Assembly: GCF_006345805.1 (NCBI RefSeq)
Contig: NC_043012.1
Location: 24,676,001 to 24,740,000, forward strand
Reading direction: 5' to 3'
DNA from: Octopus sinensis
Taxonomy: Eukaryota
Length of the DNA stretch: 64,000 bases
The first letter of the stretch is position 1. Every line of letters begins with the position of its first letter. The notes under the pieces were generated by a model, which was not told the DNA's origin, did not search any database, and was given only the letters and a program-made list of their open reading frames with translations. Positions 37,561-52,249 of the stretch are shown here, in pieces. The position numbers were made by a program, and so were the translations under genes.

Positions 37561-38541
37561 GTAGCATGGCTAGTTAGCGGTCGGTGCCTATCTGCCTTTG
37601 AAAACATATTTCAAGTGAAAGACATTCATTGATTTTTGAAAATAGAAATAATTTATTTCTAAATCTTTCACCAAATAGGCGGCGCCAAACAGTTGTGCCT
37701 AAAATATCTTATACCTCCATATTTGTAAGGAGAAAGTATCCTCTATAGGTCGACTGACGTGACCCTAGTATATGAACCGGTACGTATTTTATCGAATCTA
37801 GGGAGATTAGCAAGAAAATATGCTTTACAAAGGATTTCAACCCAGAACATTGAGGGTGGATGTTACTAAATAGTAAAATGTAAAAAGTTCACAATGTGCA
37901 ATACGTTAGTTTGCAATGAGGAAGAGAAAACTTGTGATGTTTCGGGCAAGGCACACAATGATAATCTCTTTGCCAAACGCTATTGTTATCTTCCCCCTGG
38001 CAAGCCAATTTATTTCACCTTTAAACTGTATGTATTTACCAATTGCTGACAAATACCGTCACTAGTTTCCGCAGATCGTTCTGTTTCACTGTAATACTAT
38101 AAGATATTTTACCCAGCCTCCTATCTTTTCTGCCAGCATACTTCTGTTTTAAAACGATTATTGATTCGTTAATAAAATAGAATAGCTATTATATTTCGTG
38201 TGTTTCTGTTTATCGTTTGTTATAAAGGTTAGGTTGTCGGTCAGATGAGGTACAAGGAGGATATCATTTGAGATAACAACCTAACTGTTCTTCCGTGATT
38301 CATCCTCCCAATGTAGAAATGTGTGTGTGTGTGTGCGCGAGCGTGCGTAGGTTAGGCACTCTTGTCGACTGAATTCTCTAACAACACGTTTTTACAATTA
38401 CTTATTTGTATCGGCTTTCCGGAAAAAGCAGACTTGAGCATAACTTTGTTCTTTAAGCCACACCACGCAACTTTTCTATTCTATACACTTATTGTCTAAT
38501 GAAGTCGCCAATTTTGTACACATCTATCTATCTATGGACCA

Positions 38542-38697
<156 letters not shown>

Positions 38698-40497
38698 ACA
38701 CGCATATTCAACGAGAAATTATCTGAAAGTTACTTATCGTTTAACGAAAATATGAAAGCTTTTGGCTCGAGTACATAAGGTATCATATATTCCAAATTAT
38801 ATGACCAGTACTTATTTAATCGACCCTGAAATTATAAACGACGAGGTCGACGTCGGTGGAGGTCGACGCAAAGGACCGTAACTAAAACGACAAGGCATTT
38901 TTGTCAAGCGATTCTGCCTAACTATTGCTTTCATGCTTGACTCTAATTCTGGCTTTAAATTTTGATAGAAAACCAGGAAGTTCGGGGGAAAGAGTGAATG
39001 AGTTTACTCGACGCAAGCACTCAAATCGTATTTTATTTTATCGACTCCGAAAGGATGAAAAGCAAAGTCTACTTCACCAGAATTTGAACTCAGAACGGGA
39101 AAATGGACGAAATGCCGCTAAGCATTTTGCCCAGCGTGCTAACGATTCTGCCAGCTTGCCACCTTAGGATTGACCCTAATATGGCTTTCAAATTTTGATA
39201 CAAAGCCAGTAATTTCGTGGGAGTCGATTACATCAACACCCAGTACTCAACAGGTACTTGTTTTATCGATCCCGAAAGAATGAAAAGCAAAGTCGATTTC
39301 GACGGAATTTGAAATGAGAACGTAAAAACTGACGAAATGCTGCTAAGCACTTTGCCCAGCGTGCTAACGATTCTGCGGGCTCGCCACCTTAGGATTGACC
39401 CTAATATTGCAAATTCAAATTGGGAGGTGAGCCTTACTAGTTTTAAATATTGTTTATCATATTTTAGACTGGTGTCTATTGTTTATCGACAATAGACACC
39501 AGTTGGCTTTAAAGACAACGTAAATTCCTGCCTGCGTTATTTTTCGTTTGTAAAACAAAGATGTTAGTAGTTGATACTATTGGAGTTAACTTCCTTGCAG
39601 ATGGTTTTTAGATTTTGAATATCCCCCGCCACTCCACCTTAGAACATATACAGTCTCAGTTCCATTGCACAATCAATTGACTTCTATTATAGCCCCCGGA
39701 CTGAGCAATGCCTTGTGAAGGAATTTAGTTGACGGAAAGTGTGTGGAAATCTGTCGTGTATACACACACACACACACGTCCAACATAACACACGCATACA
39801 CGCACGCACACACACATATATATGTATGTATATATGTGTGTGTTTGTGTTTACATCCCACTGTGTGTCAACTAGTGTTGTTTCGTTTACATCTCCGTAAC
39901 TTAGCAGTTCGGTCAAAGAGACTGATAGAAAAATTCCCTAGTACTTAAAAATAAGTACTGAGTGCAATTAGCTCGATTTCATTTCATGGCGGCGATGCTC
40001 AAGCATGGCCGCAATCCATTAACTGAAACATAAAAGATGAAAGATAACATCTCAATTAATCGAAGTTTCCCCAACTTCAACACTCTCACGCATTTGAAAC
40101 ACTACAATAAACTACTACGCAGCTTAGACAGAGAATGTTAACTTGATCTTCAAGATAATATGTTTTCACTTTTCAAGGTCAACGCCGATCATCTCAAGTT
40201 TCAATACGACAGTATTTTTCTAATACTGCAAAACTTTTTTTCCACCCCACGATCGTATTTTAGCTGCTAGAGTTGTTGTTTCCATAGAATAAGTAATTTA
40301 AAAAAACAAAATGTTACTCTCTTCTTCTGGCTGCTAGCACCATGTGGAGGCAGGAACTTTGCCAGACAGATTGCAGATGTCTTAAAAATTTATTTACTAT
40401 AGAATAAACGATGGTGTGCTTACGGCTCTGCTATGATGTATCTTTTTCTGTGTGGTTTATAATTTCACAGACAGCTTCAAATGTTCTTCATGTAAAA

Positions 40498-40556
<59 letters not shown>

Positions 40557-40924
40557 GAGAATTAACCTCTGTATATTTACTTTATCAACTCTATCGACCT
40601 CTCTTTCAGCACTGATAGGCAGAACTGAAATATCACAAATGTATTTAACATTATCAGTTTCAGACAGGGAGGGAAATTTCAAATGAAGCTGTTTTCCCAT
40701 TCGATATTTGCAGTATAAATAAATAAAACAAAAATTAAAAATAAACATTAATTAAAATAAATAACAATTACAGTTTAGATTTAAGTTACTTAAATGTTTT
40801 TGTTGTTGTTGTTGTTTTTTTTTGGCAGAAAAGGTAAAATGCCATTGCTGTATCTAGTTTTGCCTACGGTTTTAAGTTCAACTCTTTCTGGTGTTAACTT
40901 TGCCAGTCATCCCTGTGTAGTCGA

Positions 40925-41160
40925 TAAAATATATTTCTTCACTACCCACAAGGGGCTAAACATAGAGGGGACAAACAAGGACAGACAAAGGGATTAAATC
41001 GATTACATCAACCCCAGTGCGAGACTGGTACTTTATTTATCGACCCCGAAAGGATGAAAGGCAAAGTCGACCTCGGCGGAATTTGAACTCGGAACATAAC
41101 GACAGACGAAATACCGCTAAGTATTTCGCCCGGCGCGCTAACGTTTCTGCCAGCTCGCCC
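40925..41160 (-). mobile_element. SINE family A monomer with long tail
   Basis: Head, core and long tail all present. Confidence 0.9.
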
Positions 41161-41184
41161 TGCCTCCCCGTTTGGCATCAATCT

Positions 41185-41490
41185 CCTAGGAGGGTGTCCC
41201 ATGCTGGACAGGTCAAAGGATAAAGGCCAGACTGTGGTCCACCTCTTCCCAATGGGAAAAAAAGGGGGTGTTTCGTAGAAAAGATAAGTTATTGAAGCAA
41301 TGATAATTCCAAACCAACAAGGCCTGAGAAAGAAGGCTTTCCCTCGGAACAGCAAAATTTTAAAGAACATTGAAGGAGAGCTGAAACCACAGGGATCCAA
41401 CTGGAGAGAAGCAGAAGAGAAGATCAGTGGAGAAGAGTCGTTGATGGTCTGTGCTCCAGTGGGCGCAAAGGGTTTGAGGAAGGAAAGTTA
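41185..41490 (+). mobile_element. RTE-like LINE remnant (leader-like segment next to the ORF C-terminus)
   Basis: GLRKKAFPRNSKILKNIEGELKPQGSNWREAEEK, then after a frameshift DQWRRVVDGLCSSGRKG, resembles the RTE C-terminal G.R.RGRP..TW......W.......DR..WR..V.GLC motif; 41185-41220 matches 52625-52660 at 33/36 nt. Confidence 0.55.
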
Positions 41491-43053
41491 TAATCTGTGG
41501 GACCGACGTCAATGTTCGTTCTTTTACCGTTTATTCAGGGAGGGAAGGAACACACTTATAACGCCTTTTTTAAGGGTCTTTTAGTCTGGTGGAAGGAAGT
41601 TCTACTCTCACTGAAACACCGATTGCTTACGGCAGAGTGTACTTCGCTACAATCAACATCAATTGTAGATCGAAGGGGATCGTTTGAATGAAAATATATG
41701 GTTTAGGCACAGGAGTGAATTACTTTAGACGTCAGAATTACTTCAAGGTGGTATGTTTATGGATTGTTCTACTCCGATAGCCGTTCTTTCGTTTTTGCCT
41801 CATTGGAGACATTGTGTTTAACATTCCCTCTATTTACCCAGAGATTTAATTGCAAGTCACATAAAAATATTTGTGGGAGACTAGCGTCATGCCCAGGAGA
41901 AGGGGATGATCCCTCGGCCACTTAATCTTGCATAGGGCTGAGACGGTAGAAAGGATAAGGTACCAGGCTGCTTGAGAGTTCTAATCCATTCCAAGAGTTT
42001 AGTTTTGCCCTTAAAGCAATCAAGTTCAGATACGAAAAAAATAAAATGAAACTTATGTCGTTTATAACTTTTCTAAGGACATGAGTGACGTAAGGAAAAT
42101 GAAATTGTATCAATCGAGAATCGAAACATCGCTACCAGGGACTGGAACCTCGTTGTTGGGTAACCATTGTCTGCAACTTACTTTATGCACTACATTATTC
42201 GTCTTATAATTTGAAGATTATAATACCATAACTATAGGTGCTTGCTCATTGCATGACTATCTTTACGACTATATACGAATGCGTTTCAGGTTTATCTATC
42301 AAACCTGAAACAGGTTTGGATGCATAGATCTACATACATGCATATCTGTCTATATGCATACATATATGTTTGCGTATATACACATATCTATGCACTCATA
42401 TGTGCATATGTAAATTATATCTGGGTAAAAATAGTTCTATATAAACGTATCATACATAAACACGCAGACGCCTATATATACACACATCAAACACATAGCT
42501 ATATATACACACATAAACATATATAAATAGATTCTTACATAATGCATGAGAAATCTCCAGCTCTCTCTCACACACAACAGACATGCTCATAATCGCACTG
42601 AGATATTCACACATTCTTGCACCAACTTACACACACAAATATATTTGTGTTGGCTATGAATTGACATTCACATTCTTGACTATTATATTACATATTCTTA
42701 GATTTTATTTATTCTCGGGTGGATGTAGGCACATGCTACATACACATCTAATTATGTAAACATCTGCGTTATATGTAACATAACGATAGAGGTAAACTTC
42801 CAGTTTGGCGAATCTACGAAGGCCGTTGTCGATTTTTTAGGTTGCTATTGAGCTGATGCAGGTATAACTGTATGGTAAAGAGGTTTGCTCCGCAACTGTG
42901 TGGTTCCGGGTTCAAATGCACTGCTTGGCCGTTCGGTCAAATATCTTCTTTTGTAACCTTTTTGTAGACAAATACTTTGTGGGTGAAAATTAGTAGAAAA
43001 AATAATGTTTTATATGTGTGTGTGTGTGCGTGCGCGCATACGTATATTCATGT

Positions 43054-43126
<73 letters not shown>

Positions 43127-43750
43127 ATATATATAGTAATATATATATATAACAAACAAAAAATGGAACAAGAACGTAACAGACGACAGCAAAACATCCG
43201 AACAGTTAGACGATAAAAAAAGCAAAGCAAAAAAAACAAAAGACGGGTCATTCGGAGCATTCTATCTTCAGTCGAATTCCTGATCGTTGCTGCAGTTTTG
43301 GCCGGTTTACGCTCGAGACTGCTAGTATATATATATATTATATATAATTATATATATATATATAATATATATATAATATATATATATGGATCAAAACCGT
43401 TTGTTCAAATTCGTTGGTACTCTTTGAGTTTCAAGCGTGATGCTAGTGGTTGGAAAACATAAGCAATCAAACAAAAATTTATTAGAAATAACAGAACACT
43501 TTTATGTAAAGTTGTGAAGATAATTTATGAACCCCCTGTATATGTTCATCATTTTGTGTTTAGAAACTGATAAAGTAAATCCGCAAATTCGGTTACTCTG
43601 GCGCATATTATGACCAATATTCCTCCGTTTTTTTCTCTGTATTAGATCCACGTACGTGGCCCTACCGGCTGCCTTCGGCTTCTTTTTCATCCGAGGGCTT
43701 TTTAACTCAATATTCTACACGCTATTATGTATAGCTGTATATACTGTAGA

Positions 43751-43789
<39 letters not shown>

Positions 43790-43791
<2 letters not shown>

Positions 43792-44108
43792 AGCACTCCG
43801 TCGTTTACGACGACGAGGGTCCCAGCTGATACGACCAACGGAACAGCTTGCTCGTGAAATTATCGTGCAAGTGGCTGAGCACTCCACAGACACGTGTACC
43901 CTTAACGTAATTCGCAAGGAGATTCAGCATGACACAGAGTGTGACAAGGCTAGCACTTTTGAAATACAGGAACTACTCATTTTTGCCAGCTGAATAGACT
44001 GGAGCAACGTGAAATAAAGTGTCTTGCTCAAGGACACAACGCGTCGCCGGGAATCGAACTCACAACCTTACGATCATGGGCAGAATACCCTAACCACTAG
44101 CCACGCGC

Positions 44109-44110
<2 letters not shown>
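43790..44110 (-). mobile_element. tRNA-derived SINE (family D head plus shared tail)
   Basis: A/B boxes (TGGCTAGTGG, GTTCGATTCC), TGTGTCCTTGAGCAAGACACTT, and a 3' 180 bp shared with 46625-46806. Confidence 0.85.
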
Positions 44111-44149
<39 letters not shown>

Positions 44150-44252
44150 TATATATATATTTGCTTACCCTCTCTCAAAATCTTCCTGATATCCACGTGT
44201 TTATCTACCTATCTTGGTATACGTACATACATGCATACATACACAGACAGTC

Positions 44253-44297
<45 letters not shown>

Positions 44298-45423
44298 TTA
44301 AATATGTGGGGAAAAGTGTGGTTTCCGTACAACTGACGAGGTTTCTTTGTGTGGGGCATATCTCTGCTTCATGCTTTATTTATTTTTTTTTTGTTTGTTT
44401 TGCTTTGATGACGAAATCCATGTTAGTCCCGATTTGTCCGAAGTTGTCACCATAGATATCAGGTTCATTAATTTAAAATTTCACAGTTGTCACTCGCCTG
44501 TTTTTCTTTCATTAAAACTAGCCATGCAGAAAAATCACCGTTCTCATTACTAACGTTGCAATATTAATAAACTGAAATTTCTTGGTTTATTATGTCACAA
44601 ATATGCAGGACCCATTTTACTATTGTAGAAAACGGTTTTATTCAATTCCCGAGGTTAGGAAGTTCGATAAAGTATAAACTTATTGTTGAAAAAGTTGTTG
44701 AATAAAGCAAGTTTTACTCCCGCCTCTTTTATATACTTTCGTTGGGTTTGTTTTTCTTTCTTAATAATTTTGGATAATTTTAATTTGAAGTCAAAAGTTC
44801 ATCTTAATACAGGTTAGAGTCGAATAATAAACTCGATTCATCTTAAAATTATGACACATCAGTTTTAAAGAATTAACTTTTAAATGTTCTTGATAAACTC
44901 TGATAAGACGCTTCATGCTTTAACCCAGCCGATATGTTCGCATAGGGGTCCGTTGTTAAAAGGGAGAACGGGGGGTGGGGAGAAACGGAGGTAGAGTGAG
45001 AGAGAATCAGACAAGCGGACAAATGCAAACCTGGGAAGCATTTCTAGGTCAAAATATACATCGACATCACACACGTCCTTCTTGTCTTTAAACACAAGAC
45101 TTACTGTGAAGATGCAAGACCACCGATTCGAAATGGTGTCAGGCGGTTTTTTTTTTTTTTGTTACTTATGTTCCGAAAAACTCTTCACTTTTTGGTCATA
45201 TGTTCACAAACGCCTGTGTGAGGATGACTTGTTTTTGTATATGACATGTAAGCATCGTATATATGACGTATGAAATGTATGTGTCCGTTACGTATGGAAA
45301 ATTGGGTGTGTTTGGGCAATGTTTACATACAAGATTATGTAAACTAATACAGTATTGAAAATACTGAAGCAGGTTCTGATGGACATTTTGATGATGCTGT
45401 AAACTTCAATATTGCATGAAATA

Positions 45424-46020
45424 GGGCGGCGAGCAGGCAGATTCGTTAGCACGCCGGGCGAAATGCGTAGCCGTATTTCGTCTGCCGTTACGTTCTGAGT
45501 TCAAATTCCGCCGAGGTCGACTTTGCCTTTCATCCTTTCTGGGGTCGATAAATTAAGGGCCAGTTACGCACTGGGATCGATGTAATCGACTTAATCCGTT
45601 TGTCTGTCCTTCTTTGTCCTCTCTGTGTTTAGCCCCTTGTGGGTAGTAAAGAAATAGGTATTTCGTCTGCCATTACGTTCTGAGTTCAAATTCCGCCGAG
45701 GTCGACTTTGCCTTTCATCCTTTTGGGGTCGATTAATTAAGTATCAGTTACGTACTGGGATCGATATAATCGACTTAATCCGTTTGTCTGTCCTTGTTTG
45801 TCCTCTCTGTGTTTAGCCCCTTGTGGGTAGTAAAGAAATAGGTATTTCGTCTGCCATTACGTACTGAGTTCAAATTCCGCCGAGGTCGACTTTGCCTTTC
45901 ATCTTTTCGGGGTCGATTAATTAAGTATCAGTTACGCACTGGGGTCGATGTAATCGACTTAATCCCTTTGTCTGTCCTTGTTTGTCCCCTCTACGTTTAG
46001 ACCCATGAAGTTAATAAAGA
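45424..46020 (+). mobile_element. SINE family A trimer (184-185-bp period)
   Basis: TATTTCGTCTGCC at 45474, 45659 and 45843. Confidence 0.92.
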
Positions 46021-46424
46021 AAGAAAGAAATACTGCATGAATATCGGTCATGTGACAGACTAGAACGTTTCGAATAATGTGCAAAGCGAGAAATAAATCG
46101 AAATAATGTAGGCATGGCTAATCAGAGGCACAAGCATTGCTGTGTGGTTGGAAATCTCGCTTTGCAGCCATGTTGTTTCCAATTAAGTCCCATTGCACGG
46201 CACCTTAGACTGACCAATGCCGCGTGAAGAAATTTGGTAGACGGAAAGAGTTTCCGTCTGGCAAATTAAGAAGGCAATGGTCAGTCCAGGGGTAGAGTAA
46301 AAGGCATGTACCCAAGGATCTATGCAGTGAGACTGAACCCGAAACAACTTCGTTGCAAAGCGAGATTCTTAACCACGCAGCCAGGCCTGTATCTGTGAAC
46401 TTTTATGTGTATATGTGTGTGTGT

Positions 46425-46806
46425 GGAGGCGCAATGGCCCAGTGGTTAAGGCAGCGGACACGCGGTCGTAGGATCGCGCGGTTTCGATTCCCAGACCGGG
46501 CGTTGTGGGTGTTTATTGAGCGAAAAACACCTAAAGCTCCACGAGGCTCCGGCAGGATGGTGGGATCCTGCTGTACTCTTTCACCCACAACTTTCTCTCA
46601 CTCTCCTTCATGTTTACTGTTGTACCTGTATTTCAAAGGGCCGGCTTTGTCACTCTCTTGTGTCACGCTGAATATCCCCGGAGACTACGTAAGGGTACAC
46701 GTGTCTGTGGAGTGCTCAGCCACTTACACGTTAATTTCACGAGCAGGCTGTTCCGTTGATTCGGATCAACCGGAACCCTCGTCGTCGTAACCGACGGAGT
46801 GCTTCC
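46425..46806 (+). mobile_element. tRNA-derived SINE (family C head plus shared tail)
   Basis: GGCGCAATGGCCCAGTGGTTAAGG A box, TTTCGATTCCC B box, tail ..CCCTCGTCGTCGTAACCGACGGAGTGC. Confidence 0.85.
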
Positions 46807-46849
46807 ATATGTGTGTGTGTGACTGTGTGGTATGTGTATATGTGTGTGT

Positions 46850-47195
46850 GACTATGTGGTAAGTAGCTTCATTCACAACCATATGGTTCCGGGTTCAGTC
46901 GCACTGCGTGGTACCTTGGGCAAGCCTTGTGAGTGGATTTGGTAAATGGAAAGTGAAAGAAGCCCGTCGTATACATATGTGTGTGTGTGTGTGTGTCTGT
47001 GTATGTCTCCCAATATCGCTAGACAACCGATGCTGGTGTGTTTACGCCCCCGTAACCTAGCTGCTCGGCAAACGAAGCCGTTAGATTATAAGTACTAGGT
47101 TACAAAGAATAAGTCCTGGGGTCGATTTGCTAGACTAAAGGTGGTGCTCCAGCATGGCCGCATGGCTGAAACAAACAAATAAAAGAATAAAAGAA
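46850..47195 (+). mobile_element. SINE family B with internal deletion
   Basis: Head and tail match the family consensus. Confidence 0.8.
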
Positions 47196-47196
47196 T

Positions 47197-47257
<61 letters not shown>

Positions 47258-47671
47258 AATATATATATATATAATAATAGAAAGAAGAATAACTCCATGT
47301 ACAGAACAAACAAATTAGCGCCCTAATTGATAGAGCAACATGAAATATAAAGATTAATAAAAAGAGAACAAATATCAGGAGTAGGAATTCATTTTGTCAG
47401 TATATTTCTTAACATCGAAATACTTTATAGAAATATATGTAAACGGCTTCAATTAAGTCGTTAGTTTGTACCATCGACAACAAGTTCTAATAACGAATGT
47501 CTTTGCGCTCTGAGTTCAAATTCCGCCGAGGTCGACTTTACCTTTCATCCTTTCGGGGTCGATAAATTTAGTACCAGTTGCGCACTGTAGTCAATCTAAT
47601 CGACTACCTCACCCCACCGCAAAAAAAAAAAGAAAAAAATTTCGGGCCTTGTGCCTAGAGTAGAAAAGTGC

Positions 47672-47702
<31 letters not shown>

Positions 47703-48639
47703 TGTATGTATGTATGTATGTATGTATGTATATAGCGGACTTTCATACAATTCCCGTCTTCCAAATTCTACCCTAGGCTATAGCAGAAGATGATACATGG
47801 ATGCATGCTTAAAAATGCTGCACAGTGAAATTGAAACCGGAAATGACATGGTTCCGTTGCGAACTTCTTGAAAGAGTTAAACCGAAATCTCTCGATTTTT
47901 TCCTTTTTAATTACAGCAATTAACTCTAACCTAACCAAACCCAACCCAACCCAACCCAAAACTCTGCTAACTATTAACACCTGAACATTCAACTTGCTTG
48001 AAATACCATTTACTCCATCCAGTCATGTAGTCACACCTGACGAGTAAATAAACAAAAACCACATTTCCCCACCGAATAAAATCTATGTTTTTTAAATGAT
48101 CGCATTGGAAAATGGCGTAGCTTCTACAATCACTACAACTTCGGTTCAGTAAGATACATTTATTAGCCTGTTTATCGGATATAAAAGTAAAGTAACAGAA
48201 ATTTACTCAGTTGGGAATAATAGAGCGTAGTAAGTAGGTTAGATAAAACGTGCGGGGAAAGGAGAAGGGAGAGAGAGGAGAATGTCTGTGTGTGTGGATG
48301 GTAAGTAGAGAGGTTTTTTTTATGGTATTAATGAGAAAATGGAGAACGTCTATGTATACGTAAATGAAAGGCAGTGAGGAGATGGGGAAGAAGGCGTGTG
48401 TGCATAATTCTCTCTCTCTCTGAGTGTGTGTGTGTGTGTTCTCTGTAAAAAGAAAACACCCATGGAAATATATTCATTAGAAAATAAAAGAATATAAAGT
48501 AAAAGGAAAGATAACTAAGGAGACAGACTGTAGCTGGAGTTTATATTTATATACAGACACGATGGACTCTCCCGTCGAACGACCTGCACAAATGATTCTT
48601 TATAAGGATCAAATGTCTGTGCTGCACAGTCTTTTCTAC

Positions 48640-49020
48640 TCTATGCACAAGGCCCGAAAATTTTGGGGGAGGGTGTTAGTCGATTAAATTGACCCCAGTA
48701 CGTATCAGGTACTTAATTTTTCGACCCCGAAAGGATGAAAGGCAAAGTCGACCTCGTCGGAATTTGAACTCAGAACGTAACGGCAAACGAAATACCTATT
48801 TCTTTACTACCCACAAGGGGCTAAACACAGAGGGGACAAACAAGGACAGAGAAACGGATTAAGTCGATTACATCGACCCCAGTGCGTAACTGGTTCTTAA
48901 TCTATCGATCCCGAAACGATGAAAGGCAAAGCTGACCTCGGCTGAATTTGAAATCAGAACGTAGCGGCAGACCAAATACGGCTACGCATTTCACCCGGCG
49001 TGCTAACGATTCTGCCAGCT
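48640..49020 (-). mobile_element. SINE family A dimer
   Basis: Same junction; very similar to 36520-36905. Confidence 0.9.
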
Positions 49021-50466
49021 CTTTCCGTGCCGCACATTAGCTCACTATCTCCAGCAAAGTGACGTTGACTAAGCAGGTGCACAGGTGTGCCACGCATCAG
49101 GTGTCGAAGAGATCGCAGAGCAACGGGAGATGAAGCTTTTGGCTGAAGAACACAACGCACCACCCAGTCTGCGAATTGAAACCACGATCTTGCAATAGTG
49201 AGTGGCAACACTCTAACCATTAACCCATACGCCCTCACGCACGCACACACACACACACACATACACACACACATACACACACATACTCACACACACACAT
49301 ACATACACACGCACACACGCACACACATACACACACACACACACACACAAGTACCCATATTTATACACAAGCACCCTCAGATACCACACACACACACAGA
49401 AACACAGGTATGAGATGGAACTAGTGAGAGATAATAATAATATTGGCGCCAGGCCATAAATATAGAAACGGGGGAATGATATCGCTGATTGAAGCAGTTC
49501 TCAGGCAGGGAAGTAGGAGTATCGGTAGAGCGCCAGACGGAATTCTGCACTGTATTTGGTTCTGACTTAATGCGCTTTGAGTTCAAATCTCGCCGACGTC
49601 AACTTTGCCTCTCATCCGTTCTTCGAAATCGATAAAGAGGTACGAATCCAAACGCTGTGGATTGATGGAACTGTAAAAATGTCAAACAAAGTGCCTTGTA
49701 GTATTTGTTCCGGTTCTTTACGTTCAGACCCATTTGGGTGGTATTCTTAATCCGTCCCGTCGTCCGATCTAACATGAACCACTTGACACCTGAACGTCCT
49801 TTAGCAGCGTACAATCTTGGGGACATCTTCCTTCCTGCCCTCCCTCTTTCCTTCCTTCCTTCCTTCATCTCTCCTTCCCTCCCTTCCTTCCAATATAATC
49901 TTAAAGGTTCTCTAACAGGTCATGGCCACTAATTTCCAACCCAATATGAGACGTTTTGGCTCTGCCTATCTGGCGTCGCTGATTCGGCTCTGGCTTATTC
50001 GAAATCAGGCGTTTTAATATTTTCTCCCGTTTTCCCTCTTTCTCTCTATCTGTCTCTCTCTATCTGTCTCTCTCTTTCTCACTTCCTCTTTCTTTTTGTT
50101 TATATATGTAAACACATTTTCTTATGGCTATCAGGAGAGGAAAAGTGTTTGTGTCAATCGTGTTCAATTAATAAATTGCAACACTTCTCTCTCCCCCATC
50201 TCTTTTTCTATCTGTCTATACATTTGACCCTAATACTTTATTTTATCGATCCTGGAAGGATGAAAGGTAAAGTCGACCTCGGTGGAATTTGAACTGAGAA
50301 CGTAACGGCGGACAAAATCCCGCTAAGCATTTTCTCCGGCGTGCTAACTCCTTCTGCCTGCTCGCCACCTTAGACACTAGGCAAGAAATGGAAATAAAAT
50401 GAAAGAAGAAAAGCTAATAATAATAATAATAATAATAATAATATAATAATAATAATAATAATAATA

Positions 50467-50965
50467 AGTGTTATCATGTACATTGTTTTGTCTTGGTATA
50501 AAAGATGGGCTACAGCAAATATTCTGCTCAATACCACAGATTTGCTTGTCAGTTGTTTGACCGTAACCAGTTGAGCATGTCCCTTAGTGGCTGACGATAT
50601 GTGCATCTCTGATCACGAGCAGAAGTAGTGGGGGAGCATCATAGCCATGTGTTGAGAGGGATTCTTTGAGGTTTGAATAATTCACCTCTGGAAACATGGG
50701 TGATTCTTTCAACATCCTTAAACAACCCTTATTCAGGGACCTTTTGAGCGGGATGGGCTACTCAACCTGAAGAAAATTCTAACTGGGCCCCACCTGCAAG
50801 GTCATGTGCTGTTTATCTTGATATGAGATCACCATGTCGCACACATATGGTTGTGATGCATGTGCCTGGTGTACCCTTATCAGACGGGTAGTCATGATGG
50901 GCATATTGGGCTTCGTATATTTTACCCCAGTATCACTTTGATGGCATGAACTGCTCTCTCACTCA
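50467..50965 (+). mobile_element. Second copy of the (AAT)n-embedded retroposon-like element, about 40 bp shorter at the 5' end
   Basis: Reverse complement of 19051-19551; ends ..CTGCTCTCTCACTCA(ATA)n. Confidence 0.75.
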
Positions 50966-51181
50966 ATAATAATAATAATAATAATATACCAGTTTTAGGA
51001 ATGAGTCTATGAATTCAAATCATTCATAGACGCCAGTTAGAAGATCCTTGAATGGTGTGAAATAACTGAGGATCATGTCTTTTTTCTGATAATTCCCTGA
51101 GCTTGTTGTTAGCGGAGATTGAACTGTGCTTGTGTGTACAATTCAGAGCGAGCCTGTCAATCCACCGACCTCTTACAACGG

Positions 51182-51228
<47 letters not shown>

Positions 51229-51242
51229 CAGTAGTAGCAGTG

Positions 51243-51278
<36 letters not shown>

Positions 51279-51369
51279 GTAAGGAGAGTAAGATCATGGC
51301 GTTCCATCTTGATAATGATGAGTAAGACGAGGATGGTAGAGGTGATGACGACGACGACGACGATGATGG

Positions 51370-51413
<44 letters not shown>

Positions 51414-51580
51414 GTGATGATGATGGTGACGGTGACTCTGGCGGCGATGGCGGCAGCTGCTGCAGTGGTTGAATGTGGTGGTGGTGGTGATGGTGATGAT
51501 AACGATGATAAAAATGACGATGATGTTAACGGCAATGGTAGTAGTGGTGTTATTATTGTTGTTGTTGTAGGTGTTGTTGG

Positions 51581-51611
<31 letters not shown>

Positions 51612-52249
51612 AAGAATGAGGACGTCGAGAATGATGAAACAGACTAAAGCAACCGCAATTGTAAAGCGAGTAAAGAATCTGCTCTTAACATGCTTTGCTG
51701 AATATTTACCGGAAAATTGGCAAAAAAAAAAAAAAAAAAATACTGATTTACCAAAAATAGAATATTCTGACTGAAATTTAGGTTAAATCATTTTCACAAA
51801 TAAACCCTTAGCTTTAAAGAGATTTCCTGAGAGTTCTAGAAGCTTCAATTCTTGCCTGAATCATTTGGAAATAGTGAACAAATTAGCCAAGTGTGTTTCA
51901 TTCTACTGTTGTTGCAATTATTGTTGTCGTTGATATTGTAATGGTTGTTCTTGTGTACAAGAACGAGAATGCTTACGGTCAAAGATATTTTAGCTGTGAC
52001 TGCATCTCCCAATAAGAGGTGCTTAGTCCAGTATTGCCGAGGAATTATGTTAATGACCTGAACTACGAAGTGCGGCGAAAAATCTGACATCTCAAAAATT
52101 AAACGAAAAGTGAATATGACATATTCTTGCATGCTCTGAGCCCTCGCCTTTTCTTTTTAAAGATGGTGATACGAGGATGTGTTGGCTCCTATTTCAAGCA
52201 AGTTGTACGTTCGTGTTCAACTTCCATCCACCCCTATCATGTTATTGCT

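Noticed and set aside
44395-44475. Minus-strand peptide NEPDIYGDNFGQIGTNMDFVIK that looks protein-like
   Set aside because: Short, bounded by stops, no splice signals, no family recognised
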